Shown here in pieces: positions 1-8,556 of a DNA stretch of 64,000 nucleotides. Origin of the DNA: Candidatus Pacearchaeota archaeon (GTDB taxonomy: Archaea > Nanobdellota > Nanobdellia > Pacearchaeales > GW2011-AR1); NCBI GenBank assembly GCA_041649295.1, contig JBAZNI010000001.1, positions 394,991 to 458,990 on the forward strand, in the 5' to 3' direction. The notes beneath the pieces are model-generated. The model did not search any database, was not told the origin of the DNA, and saw only the letters and a list, made by a program, of their open reading frames with translations. The translations under genes were made by a program, and so were the position numbers. Every line of letters begins with the position of its first letter. Position 1 is the first letter of the stretch.

Positions 1-270
1 ATAAACTGCATAAACTTTATTTTCAAGCTGATTTTTTTCAGCTAGAATAACAAGATAATTCAAAATAGATAAAAAAGCTGTAAGAGTTTTAGTTCCTCCT
101 GTCGGTGCGCTAATTAAAATATTTTTCCTCTCCCATATTGCACCAACCCCATATTTTTGAGTCAGAGAAAAATCACTAAACTTTGAAAAAAACCACTCTT
201 TTACAAGGGGATGCAAAGTCTCTGCTATCTTATCTGAATTTCTCTCCACAGCTTTCTTTATGCTTGTCAT
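1..270 (-). CDS. Lhr-like DEAD/DEAH helicase, N-terminal fragment (continues beyond window)
   Basis: Own reverse translation from the ATG at 270..268: MTSIKKAVERNSDKIAETLHPLVKEWFFSKFSDFSLTQKYGVGAIWERKNILISAPTGGTKTLTAFLSIL. It has a Q-motif-like LTQKY and a Walker-A-like APTGGTKT. It is absent from the ORF track because there is no stop in the window. Confidence 0.55.
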   Translation of the reverse strand, partial: MTSIKKAVERNSDKIAETLHPLVKEWFFSKFSDFSLTQKYGVGAIWERKNILISAPTGGTKTLTAFLSILNYLVILAEKNQLENKVYAVY

Positions 271-329
271 TTTACAGAAAAGTCTTAAGGATATTTATAC
301 CTGCCTCTTTTAAATTTTTATAATCGTAA

Positions 330-683
330 TTATTCTACTAAAACCCTTTGGATTCTCCCAATATGCTCTAAATACATCCTCCATCTAGAAACAGGAACTC
401 TTGGAAGCGGATTTCCCTGGTTATCTTGCCCAACTAAGTAAGTTTCATCACCTTCTGCAATTGTATTAGTATAATGTTCTCTAACAAAATTTTGAACCTC
501 ATTACTAAGAGCTGTAAGCTCTTCCATTTGTCCAGGAGTTATTCTTTTAAAAAGAGGTTCTCCGTAAAGTGCAGTAGTAAGTAATTTATTATGCCTATTA
601 AGACGTTCTTCTCCCAAGATAACTTTAAATGCCCCAGGTTCCCCTCCTCGATTATTATTGCCAGTTTCTCTTTGTGATTCCAT
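330..683 (-). CDS. hypothetical protein (117 aa, R-rich orphan)
   Basis: Long ATG-initiated ORF in AT-rich DNA. No motif recognised. Confidence 0.5.
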   Translation of the reverse strand: MESQRETGNNNRGGEPGAFKVILGEERLNRHNKLLTTALYGEPLFKRITPGQMEELTALSNEVQNFVREHYTNTIAEGDETYLVGQDNQGNPLPRVPVSRWRMYLEHIGRIQRVLVE

Positions 684-731
684 AACATCACCTAAATTAA
701 AACCTTTATAAATGTTTCGATTATAAAGTAG

Positions 732-1046
732 TTACAATTCTTCTTCTATTTCCTCATTTAAAAAATCTTCCTGCTCCTTAGAAACAACAACATCCTCTTC
801 ATCTAATCCTGCTTCAATTTTATCAAGATTCTTTTTTTGCATTGGATTCTGCTTTATCTGCTCTAAAATTCCTTTTTTTTCATCAAGCTGTTTTTTTGAG
901 TTTACCAGCTTTTGCTCTAAAAAAGAGTTTCCTTTAAACATATTAGCTAAATCATACTCTGTGTTCTTAATCCTGTTTTTAAGCTCAGCTATCTCTTCTT
1001 CTAATTTCTCTTGTTCGCTTCTTTCTTCTTCAGGCACCATTTCCAT
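732..1046 (-). CDS. hypothetical acidic coiled-coil protein (104 aa)
   Basis: ORF with E/K-rich heptad-like sequence (EEIAELKNRIKNTEYDL...). Confidence 0.45.
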   Translation of the reverse strand: MEMVPEEERSEQEKLEEEIAELKNRIKNTEYDLANMFKGNSFLEQKLVNSKKQLDEKKGILEQIKQNPMQKKNLDKIEAGLDEEDVVVSKEQEDFLNEEIEEEL

Positions 1047-1431
1047 ACTTTACCCAAAATTTAATAAAAAATCAAGGAACTAAGGGTTTTTATAGCTTTA
1101 GTTTTCCAGGTTATTTAATCTGACAAGCACTAATTTTATTGCTTCCTAGAACAAAATTGTTTAACTTGGTTTGCCATTATTTCTATAATAAGATAAACTC
1201 TTCTCGCTCTTGTTAAAGAACTTCTGAGAATCCACTCTCCATTCCAGTCAGGAGAACATTCAACTACCTTAACATCTTTGGGTAAGCAGTAAGCTACATC
1301 CGGCAACTCGCAAGAGCCACAACTTCCAAATAAATCTCTTTCAGATTGTTCTATTTGTGGCAAAAAATCAGTATTATACCTTTTAAGACAAATGAACCAA
1401 CCTTTAAAAATACTCTTATATTTAATTTAAG

Positions 1432-3159
1432 ATGACAATCAGACAGCCAATTGTAACAGTAGCCGGGCATGTTGACCACGGAAAAACATCTCTTTTAGAT
1501 GCGCTTAGATGCAGCTCTGTTGCAGAATGTGAAGCCGGGGCGATTACTCAAAAAATTTCATTCACATTATTTCCACAAAGTGCATTGAAAAAATCATGTC
1601 CTCTAATTGAAACTCGGAAGATAGCATTAGAAATACCTGGGTTTTTATTCATAGACACCCCAGGGCATGCAGCATTTAATAACATTAGAAAAAGAGGAGG
1701 AAGCCTAGCAGACCTGGCAATTCTTGTAATAGATTTAAATGAAGGTATAAAACCGCAGACAGCAGAAGTAATACAAATTTTAAAATCTAACAAAACTCCA
1801 TTTATAATTGCACTCAATAAAATTGACAAGATAAAAGGATGGCAAAAAATATCAAATGATTTAAAAGAAAATATAGAAAAACAGCCTATAAATGCAAAAC
1901 AAGAATTCGAAGAAAAATTTTACACTTTGGTTGGAAGTTTAAATTCTTACGGGTTTGAATCAGATTTATTTTACAAAATAACAGACTTTACAAAAAAAAT
2001 TGCAATGGTTCCATGCTCTGCAAAAACAAAAGAGGGATTGCCTGAATTAATAATGGTATTATGTGGCTTATCTCAGAAATTTCTTAAAGAAAATCTAAAA
2101 TTAGGAAAAAAAGCAAAAGGAGTTGTATTAGAAATTAAAAAAGAAAATGCAATTAACTGCATAGAATCAATTTTATATGATGGAGAGTTGAAAATAGGGG
2201 ATAAAATTGCAATTGCAAGTTTTAATAAGCTAATTTTCACAAAAGTAAAGGCGATTCATGAAATAATGCCGATGTCTGACAAGTTCAGACAGGTTGAAAA
2301 AGTTAGGTCTGCATCAGGAATCAGGATTTATTTAACTGATAAAGCAGAAATTCTTCCGGGAATGCCTTTTATAACTTATGAAAATGAAAAAGAAGCTGAA
2401 AATGAATTTAAAGAAATTACAGGAGAAGCAATAAAAACTGACAAACAGGGGATAATTATCAAAGCAGATTCTTTGGGGAGTTTGGAAGCTATGATTGTTT
2501 TGTTAAAACAGTCAAATATTCAAATAGTAAAAGCAGGAATAGGTTCAATAAACAAATCAGATATTCTTGCAGCAAAAGCGAATTTAGAAATAAATCCAAT
2601 TGACGCAGTTATTCTTGGATTTAATGTAGAAAAAGAGGAGGAAATTAGCAATACTACAAATATAAAAATAATAACAAACGATGTAGTTTATAAATTAATT
2701 GAAGACTTGCAAAAATACCGGGAAGAAAAAAACAAAGAAATTGAAAAAGAAAGGCTTATGGGATTGTCAAATATCTGCAAACTCGAAATACTCCATAAAT
2801 ATATGTTCAGAAACAGCAATCCAGCAATATTTGGAATCAACATAACTACAGGAAAATTAAAGGCAAACACAGAATTAATAGATGAAAATGGGGAATATAT
2901 TGGAAGAATAAAACATATTCAATCAGAAAAGAGTTCAGTAGAAGAAGCTTCTCATGGAATGGAAGTTGCCATTTCAATACCGGGAATTAATTTCGAAAGA
3001 AAATTAGGAAATAAAAAATACCTTTATTCAGCTTTAAGCGACAAGCAAATTAAAACACTGCTGAATAACAAAGATATTTTGTCAGGAGAAGAAATTTCAG
3101 TAATAAGAGAACTGCAAGTTATAAAAGAAAAAGCGCCGCAAAGAGCTGTAAAAAACTAA
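1432..3159 (+). CDS. infB: translation initiation factor aIF5B (IF2-type GTPase)
   Basis: G1 motif VAGHVDHGKTSLLDAL, G3 DTPGH, G4 NKID. The 575-aa length and domain order are typical of aIF5B. Confidence 0.9.
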   Translation: MTIRQPIVTVAGHVDHGKTSLLDALRCSSVAECEAGAITQKISFTLFPQSALKKSCPLIETRKIALEIPGFLFIDTPGHAAFNNIRKRGGSLADLAILVIDLNEGIKPQTAEVIQILKSNKTPFIIALNKIDKIKGWQKISNDLKENIEKQPINAKQEFEEKFYTLVGSLNSYGFESDLFYKITDFTKKIAMVPCSAKTKEGLPELIMVLCGLSQKFLKENLKLGKKAKGVVLEIKKENAINCIESILYDGELKIGDKIAIASFNKLIFTKVKAIHEIMPMSDKFRQVEKVRSASGIRIYLTDKAEILPGMPFITYENEKEAENEFKEITGEAIKTDKQGIIIKADSLGSLEAMIVLLKQSNIQIVKAGIGSINKSDILAAKANLEINPIDAVILGFNVEKEEEISNTTNIKIITNDVVYKLIEDLQKYREEKNKEIEKERLMGLSNICKLEILHKYMFRNSNPAIFGINITTGKLKANTELIDENGEYIGRIKHIQSEKSSVEEASHGMEVAISIPGINFERKLGNKKYLYSALSDKQIKTLLNNKDILSGEEISVIRELQVIKEKAPQRAVKN

Positions 3160-3212
3160 AAATCAGTTTAAACTCCCAATATGTTTATAAACTCGGCACC
3201 ATAAAATAAATT

Positions 3213-3716
3213 ATGTCAGATAAAAAGAAAGATGAATGTTATAAAGGCGATGCAGAAGAAATAAGAGAGCAATATGAAAAATTAAGCAAGAAATATTCTC
3301 TGCCCTTGTTTAAAGAGCTTAACGAAGACTTTGATATTGTAAAAGCAGAGTTTGGATGTGAAACTTTGCTAAGAGATATAAGAAAAGAAATTTCAACCAA
3401 ATATCTTTCTGCATTAAACATTGTTGAACTTCTCTTAAACCCAAGCAATGGCTCTATGTTCCATATGTTTCTGGTTAAAAGTATTTCAAAAGAAGAAAAA
3501 GACATCCTGGATAATTTATTTGATAAAATCGGGGAGATTCAAATAGAGGGCTTTGAACTAGATGTTTATTATAATGAAAAAAAAGAGGCGGAATTTATTA
3601 AAAAAACATTCCACTTATGGCAGGAAATTAAACCAGATTTAGCAAAAGTTATCAAGTCGCTTAAGGATAACTGGAGAAAAACAAGTTTTAAAAAAGAAAA
3701 AAGTTATTTTGGTTGA
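3213..3716 (+). CDS. hypothetical protein (167 aa)
   Basis: ORF with core-like K-rich composition. No motif recognised. Confidence 0.5.
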   Translation: MSDKKKDECYKGDAEEIREQYEKLSKKYSLPLFKELNEDFDIVKAEFGCETLLRDIRKEISTKYLSALNIVELLLNPSNGSMFHMFLVKSISKEEKDILDNLFDKIGEIQIEGFELDVYYNEKKEAEFIKKTFHLWQEIKPDLAKVIKSLKDNWRKTSFKKEKSYFG

Positions 3717-3768
3717 TAATTATTTAACGCTTCTAAAGCTTTATAAAACATTGTATTTTTATTATATT

Positions 3769-4677
3769 ATGGGAAAAGAAGGCAGAATTGTGTTTTATGA
3801 GCAAATTGCCAAGAATAAAAGAAATTCTGTGTTTTTAATGTTTTTAATAATCCTAGTTATAATTGCCTTAGGTTCTGCTATTGGGCTGGCAGTTGGCGAA
3901 GGATATTTTTTTATTATAATGATTTTTGCAATTATTATTTCCGTATCATATGTTACAATTGGATTTTACAATTCTGACAAAATTGCATTAGCTTCTGTAA
4001 ATGCCAAAGAAGCAGATAAAGTTGAGTATAAAACGCTTTATAATAGTGTTGAGTCAATGAGTCTGGCTTCTGGTATGCCGATGCCAAAAGTATATGTTAT
4101 GCCCGGGGAGCAAATAAATGCATTTGCAACAGGAAGAAACCCCCAACATTCTGCTATCTGTGTTACAGAAGGAGCTTTGAAAAAACTTGACAAGCAGGAG
4201 TTAGAAGGAGTTATTGCACATGAAATTGGGCATGTTGCTAATTATGATATCAGATTCATGACTTTAACAGCTGTTTTAATCGGATTAGTTGCAATTATTT
4301 CTGAGATGTTTTTAAGAAGTTTATGGTATTCTGGTGGAGGAGGTTCAGGAGAAAAAGACAAGGGGCAGGCAATTTTTTTAATAATTGGGATTGTTTTAGC
4401 AATCCTTGCACCAATTTTAACTTACTTTGTTCAGATGGCAATTTCAAGAAAAAGGGAATACACGGCAGACGCAACTGCTGTCAAATTCACAAGAACTCCT
4501 ACAGGTTTGATAAGTGCATTAAAAAAAATTAAAAATGACGCCCCAATGGAAAAAGGGAAAATCAGCAAAGCAATTGCCCCTTTATTTATCTCCGACCCAT
4601 TTAGAAAAAAAATGGCAAATCTAAGTTCAACTCACCCGCCTATTGAAAAAAGGATTGAAATTCTGGAAAGAATGTAA
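3769..4677 (+). CDS. htpX: HtpX-type M48 zinc metalloprotease
   Basis: HEIGHV (HExxH) motif, multiple TM segments and a C-terminal STHPP motif. Start moved to the ATG at 3769; the track ORF begins at a TTG at 3709. Confidence 0.85.
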   Translation: MGKEGRIVFYEQIAKNKRNSVFLMFLIILVIIALGSAIGLAVGEGYFFIIMIFAIIISVSYVTIGFYNSDKIALASVNAKEADKVEYKTLYNSVESMSLASGMPMPKVYVMPGEQINAFATGRNPQHSAICVTEGALKKLDKQELEGVIAHEIGHVANYDIRFMTLTAVLIGLVAIISEMFLRSLWYSGGGGSGEKDKGQAIFLIIGIVLAILAPILTYFVQMAISRKREYTADATAVKFTRTPTGLISALKKIKNDAPMEKGKISKAIAPLFISDPFRKKMANLSSTHPPIEKRIEILERM

Positions 4678-4721
4678 AAAACGACAACAAAATTTAAAAA
4701 TGCTTTTTTCTAAAATAGATT

Positions 4722-5654
4722 ATGAAACATAAAAAAAGGAGTTTGGTTATATTGTTTGTATTCTTGATTCTATTTAGTATCAGCTTAACTTCAGCTACAC
4801 TTTCAACAAACAAAATAGTCGATAAAAATGTAACTATCGGATTATATCTCCTTAACCTAGGAAAATTTGATATAGCAACCGGGGCTTTCACCGCAGATTT
4901 TTACCTTTCATTTAACTGTGAAAATACCTGTCCTCAGCTTGAATTTGAATTTATGAACGGAAGAGCATCAAGCTTAGAAAAGATAATAGATACTCCAAAT
5001 GAAAAATTTTACAGAGTTCAGGCGAACTTAGTCAGTCCAATAGATTTAAAAAAATTCCCTTTTGATAAACAGAAATTGGAAATAATATTAGAAGATAAAA
5101 AAAAGACAACTGAAGAATTAGTTTATATTCCAGATGAAGAATCAAGTGGGATTGATGAATCAATTATTTTCATTGGATGGGAGATGGATAATTGGACAGC
5201 TTATAACAAAAATCACAAATATGACATTTATGGCGAAACTTATTCCCAGTATGTTTTTGAGATTCCAATATCAAGAATCACTGTAAACGCTTTTTTTAAA
5301 ACATTTCTGCCAATTACTTTTATAATCCTTGTTATGCTTTCAAGTTTTGTACTTGATCCAGATAAGATAACTACAAGATTAGCAATGGTAGGTTCTGCAT
5401 TAGTAGCGAGTGTTATGTTCCATGTCTCTCTTGCAAACCAAATACCCCCAGTGGGATATCTTACATTCATTGATAAATTTATGGTGTTAAGTTACTTTGT
5501 GATACTTATGAGTTTTATATTTAATGTGTTGTTGCTTGAACTTCATGAGCAGAAAAAAGACGAGCTTGTTGCAAAACTTCACAAAGCAACAGAATTCACA
5601 ATGTTCATATTGGTTCCAATACTTTATATTATTTTATTCCTGATTTTTCTATAG
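4722..5654 (+). CDS. prokaryotic pentameric ligand-gated ion channel (GLIC/ELIC-like) homologue
   Basis: Signal/TM at the N-terminus, then a ~190-aa beta-rich ectodomain with FPFDKQ (Cys-loop-position motif). Four TM helices follow, with an M1 Pro (FLPITF) and the post-M2 motif QIPPVGYLTFIDKF. Confidence 0.7.
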   Translation: MKHKKRSLVILFVFLILFSISLTSATLSTNKIVDKNVTIGLYLLNLGKFDIATGAFTADFYLSFNCENTCPQLEFEFMNGRASSLEKIIDTPNEKFYRVQANLVSPIDLKKFPFDKQKLEIILEDKKKTTEELVYIPDEESSGIDESIIFIGWEMDNWTAYNKNHKYDIYGETYSQYVFEIPISRITVNAFFKTFLPITFIILVMLSSFVLDPDKITTRLAMVGSALVASVMFHVSLANQIPPVGYLTFIDKFMVLSYFVILMSFIFNVLLLELHEQKKDELVAKLHKATEFTMFILVPILYIILFLIFL

Positions 5655-5670
5655 ATGGGTTTAAAGTTAA

Positions 5671-5683
5671 ATGCCCCCCACGA
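5671..5683. repeat. partial copy of the tRNA-Arg 3' end (att/TSD-like)
   Basis: atgccccccacga, compared with atgcccccacgagg at the tRNA (10144..10157). Confidence 0.55.
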
Positions 5684-5693
5684 TTACTTAACA

Positions 5694-5741
5694 CCAAGAA
5701 TCAAAGATTCTTGGATGCCATCAAGAATTATTAATTCTTGA
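5694..5741. terminator. two tandem perfect hairpins between convergent genes
   Basis: ccaagaatc-aaa-gattcttgg (5694..5714) and tcaagaatt-att-aattcttga (5721..5741), each with a 9-bp stem. Confidence 0.4.
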
Positions 5742-5776
5742 GGTCCTAAGGATTAACTCCCTAACATTTTCCTCAA

Positions 5777-7039
5777 TTATTCTAAAAGCCATTTCCATAA
5801 AGGCACAAATTTAATAATCTCTCCTCCAAATTTTTCTTCTGTTTCATAATCCCAAGTTATAACTATGAGATTCTTACATCTTAATTCCTTACTTGCTTTA
5901 AGTAAAGCATTAATCTCTCTTTCTTTTATTTCTTCTTTTGAATTTATGTAAGTTACTTGAATTAAAATTTCTATTTTTTTATCTCTTTTTATAACAAAAT
6001 CAACTTCATTTTGCTGATAATCTTTCCAGTAATAAACTTCAAATGAGTTTTCTTTTGCTTTTCTCCTTTGCAATTCAAGAGCAACCTCATTTTCTATAAC
6101 CTTTCCCTTGTTTTCTGAAAATTTGAATCCTATAGTATTCATTAACCCAGAATCAATACAATAAACTTTTTTAGGAGCTATAAATTGCTGTTTCAATTTA
6201 AAATCAAATCTTTCTAATCTAAATATTAAAAAAGTATTTTCAAGATATGAAATCCAATTAGATATTGTAGATACATGTTTAATATTAAATATCCTTGCTA
6301 ATTTGCTGTAAGTTATTTCTTCAGAAGAATTTGTTATGAGATATTTAGCAAGTTTCTTTATTTCTTCTTTTTTAGAAATATTATATCTCAATAAAATATC
6401 TTTTGTGAGTATATCTTCATAAATTTTTGAGATCATTCCCTTTCCAAATTTATATGCTTCTGGAAATCCTCCAATTTCCAAATATTCCTGCAAAGTCTTC
6501 ATAATTTCTGCTTTTTCTTGTGTGGTATATACTTTATTTTCTTTAACTTCCTTTAATTTTAAAAATTCTTTAAATGAAAAAGGAAATAGAATTATATCTA
6601 AATATCTCCCAGTTAAATGAGTTGATAGCTCTCCAGATAAAAGTTTAGAGTTGCTTCCAGTTAGAATTATCTTTTTTGTCCTTCTTAATCTGTTTACAAA
6701 TAGTTCCCAATTATCTACATTTTGAATTTCATCTAAAATTATGTAATCTATGTCTTCATAAAGTTCATAGAATGATTCTAAAATCTTATTCAAATCGTCA
6801 CTTTTTAATCCTGCTAACCTTTCATCATCAAAGTTAATATATGCGAATTTGTGAGGTTTTGCTAATAAATAAGAAAAAATAGATTTTCCACATCTTCTTA
6901 TTCCTAAAATGGCGAGTATGTTAGGATATTTTAAGGATTCTTTGCTTTTGTTTAATCCAGTTCTTTCTATTATTTTTTCTTCTTTTTCTATCTTTTCCAG
7001 TTCTTCTCTTTGCTCTTTGATTATACTCTTAAAGTCCAT
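5777..7039 (-). CDS. AAA+ ATPase of the AAA_14/DUF4143 type
   Basis: Walker A ILGIRRCGKS, Walker B YIILDEIQ. The 420-aa architecture is typical of the archaeal DUF4143 ATPase family. Confidence 0.75.
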   Translation of the reverse strand: MDFKSIIKEQREELEKIEKEEKIIERTGLNKSKESLKYPNILAILGIRRCGKSIFSYLLAKPHKFAYINFDDERLAGLKSDDLNKILESFYELYEDIDYIILDEIQNVDNWELFVNRLRRTKKIILTGSNSKLLSGELSTHLTGRYLDIILFPFSFKEFLKLKEVKENKVYTTQEKAEIMKTLQEYLEIGGFPEAYKFGKGMISKIYEDILTKDILLRYNISKKEEIKKLAKYLITNSSEEITYSKLARIFNIKHVSTISNWISYLENTFLIFRLERFDFKLKQQFIAPKKVYCIDSGLMNTIGFKFSENKGKVIENEVALELQRRKAKENSFEVYYWKDYQQNEVDFVIKRDKKIEILIQVTYINSKEEIKEREINALLKASKELRCKNLIVITWDYETEEKFGGEIIKFVPLWKWLLE

Positions 7040-7105
7040 ATTATAGTAATAGAAAGGTTATTTATAAAGCTTTCTATTGTTATTAGTAAGCTTTAGGGTG
7101 TTAAC

Positions 7106-7116
7106 GCCCCCACGAG
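7106..7116. repeat. partial copy of the tRNA-Arg 3' end (att/TSD-like)
   Basis: gcccccacgag is identical to 10146..10156. Confidence 0.65.
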
Positions 7117-7234
7117 ATGTTAAACCTTAGGTTAAGGTTCTCACGAGGAAAATGGAGACTTTCTCGACGATAAGGTTTTTTCATGTTTTAAGTTAAGGTT
7201 TCATTTGAACTTTTATAAAATTAATAGAAATAAC

Positions 7235-7243
7235 GCTCCCGAG
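7235..7243. repeat. degenerate copy of the tRNA-Arg 3' end
   Basis: taac-gctcccgag, followed by the same palindrome (tttaaccttaggttaaggtt, 7249..7268) that follows the copy at 7106. Confidence 0.4.
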
Positions 7244-7307
7244 CAGAGTTTAACCTTAGGTTAAGGTTAGCAATATAGTAAAAGAGTTAAGTGTTTCTAT
7301 TGACTTA

Positions 7308-7808
7308 TTAAATTAGATCAACCATCCAGTCATATTTGTATTCTTGGATTACTGGAAGAATTTCAAAATCTTTAATGACTTTTAAAAATTTAGCTCTTAT
7401 TTCTTTTAAGATGCTATCGAAATCTGCATAATCCTTTGCACACACCCCTATAGAAAAATCCCATTTCCCTGAATTTTTAGCAACATAAATTATTTGCCTA
7501 TGTGATTTTAAAAAATTAATAAAGAGTTCTTCTTCTTGAGGTTTAATGTTTAATAAGGCAAATCCCACATAAACATATAAGGGATAACCCAATAAGGCAG
7601 GGTTAACAAAAGCATGGTACTGTCTTATCAACTTATTTTGTTCAAGTCTTTTAATACGATACTTAACAACATCTCTGGGTAATCTTGCTTTTTTTGCTAT
7701 CTCACTAATTGTCTGTCTCGCATTTAATTGTAATTGCTCAATAATTTTCTTATCTTTTTCATCTAATTTGAATTTTTCTCCATATTCCAATTCTATTCTA
7801 TGAGTCAT
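7308..7808 (-). CDS. Lrp/AsnC-family transcriptional regulator
   Basis: HTH ISEIAKKARLPRDVVKYRIKRLE plus a C-terminal RAM-like domain. Start moved to the ATG at 7808; the track ORF starts at a TTG at 7910. Confidence 0.8.
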   Translation of the reverse strand: MTHRIELEYGEKFKLDEKDKKIIEQLQLNARQTISEIAKKARLPRDVVKYRIKRLEQNKLIRQYHAFVNPALLGYPLYVYVGFALLNIKPQEEELFINFLKSHRQIIYVAKNSGKWDFSIGVCAKDYADFDSILKEIRAKFLKVIKDFEILPVIQEYKYDWMVDLI

Positions 7809-7911
7809 GTTATCTATATTGGATGTATATTTATAAATCTTTCTCCATTTTGGATAATTTTCTAAAGTTAAGTATTTATAGTACATAATAGAACTACTTA
7901 TTAATGACAAA

Positions 7912-8556
7912 ATGGAAAATAAGAAAATACTCCGCGTCTATGATAGTGGGGCTAAAAGGTATGAAGAAGTAATGAAAGAATATTGGCACATTCCCAGAGA
8001 GCCATTCATAGCTTCGCTTGGATTTAAGCGAGGAGAGAGGATATTAGAATCAGCTGTTGGAACAGGTCTAAACCTCCCCTACTATCCTATTGGAACTCAT
8101 ATTTTAGGAATTGATATTTCTAAGAGAATGCTTGGCGAAGCAAGAAAGAAACAAGTTTTAGCTAATATTGAACTTGAAGAAGGAGACATTCATTCTTTAA
8201 GATTTCCAGATAGTTATTTTGATTCGGCTGTTTCAACTTTTACTTTATGCGTTGTTGAGAATCCTAAGAAAGCTCTTCAAGAGATTATAAGGGTAACGAA
8301 ATCAGGATCTAAAATAACTTTGCTTGATTATTGTAAATCAAGAAATCCATCTGTTACTAAATGGCAAGAGCTAATTCATTATCATGCTTCAAATATAGGA
8401 TTTCCAAAAGATGTGATTGTTTGGGATTCTTTAATGGATTATGATAAACTAATCTATCATTCCAATCTTCCAATTGAAGTTGAGAGTGATGAAAGAATTG
8501 AGAGTGAAAATCCTTTTTCTACTGGATGTAAAATTATTTTGAGGAATAGAAAATGA
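7912..8556 (+). CDS. class I SAM-dependent methyltransferase
   Basis: Motif I LESAVGTGLN. UbiE/Methyltransf_11-like layout. Overlaps the next gene by 4 nt (ATGA). Confidence 0.75.
   Translation: MENKKILRVYDSGAKRYEEVMKEYWHIPREPFIASLGFKRGERILESAVGTGLNLPYYPIGTHILGIDISKRMLGEARKKQVLANIELEEGDIHSLRFPDSYFDSAVSTFTLCVVENPKKALQEIIRVTKSGSKITLLDYCKSRNPSVTKWQELIHYHASNIGFPKDVIVWDSLMDYDKLIYHSNLPIEVESDERIESENPFSTGCKIILRNRK

Noticed and set aside
1136-1363. 75-aa minus-strand ORF with a CGSC motif between the coiled-coil gene and infB.
   Set aside because: It starts at a TTG with no nearby ATG and has no recognisable motif. It may be real (its composition resembles the other orphans), but support is too weak to call.
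1548-1829. Antisense or shadow ORFs from the six-frame track lying inside longer, motif-supported genes. Examples: 1548..1829, 2688..2870, 3239..3505, 4323..4532, 4694..4891, 5240..5470, 14609..14827, 16899..17204, 21537..21788, 23167..23379, 23964..24266, 24365..24694, 25784..25984, 26475..27389, 27962..28204, 31156..31365, 31816..32091, 36019..36343, 37821..38075, 39011..39196, 42188..42623, 43798..45000, 45847..46059, 47634..47846, 50182..50409, 53441..53867, 55129..55347, 55877..56062, 56711..56944, 57401..57724, 58085..58309, 58400..60529, 61468..61719, 62389..62577 and 63490..63747.
   Set aside because: Each overlaps a longer ORF on the other strand or frame that carries recognisable motifs or clearly better coding character. 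Their products are low-complexity F/L/S/I-rich translations typical of the reverse complement of K/E-rich genes.
3709-3768. N-terminal extensions from TTG-initiated track ORFs, or from track ORFs starting upstream of a better-supported ATG: htpX 3709, lrp 7910, dCMP deaminase 17065, 39408, rpl15e 39740, tbp 42681, RPA-like 47302, 62789 and 63119.
   Set aside because: Internal ATGs give N-termini that match the conserved family starts and avoid overlaps with upstream genes.
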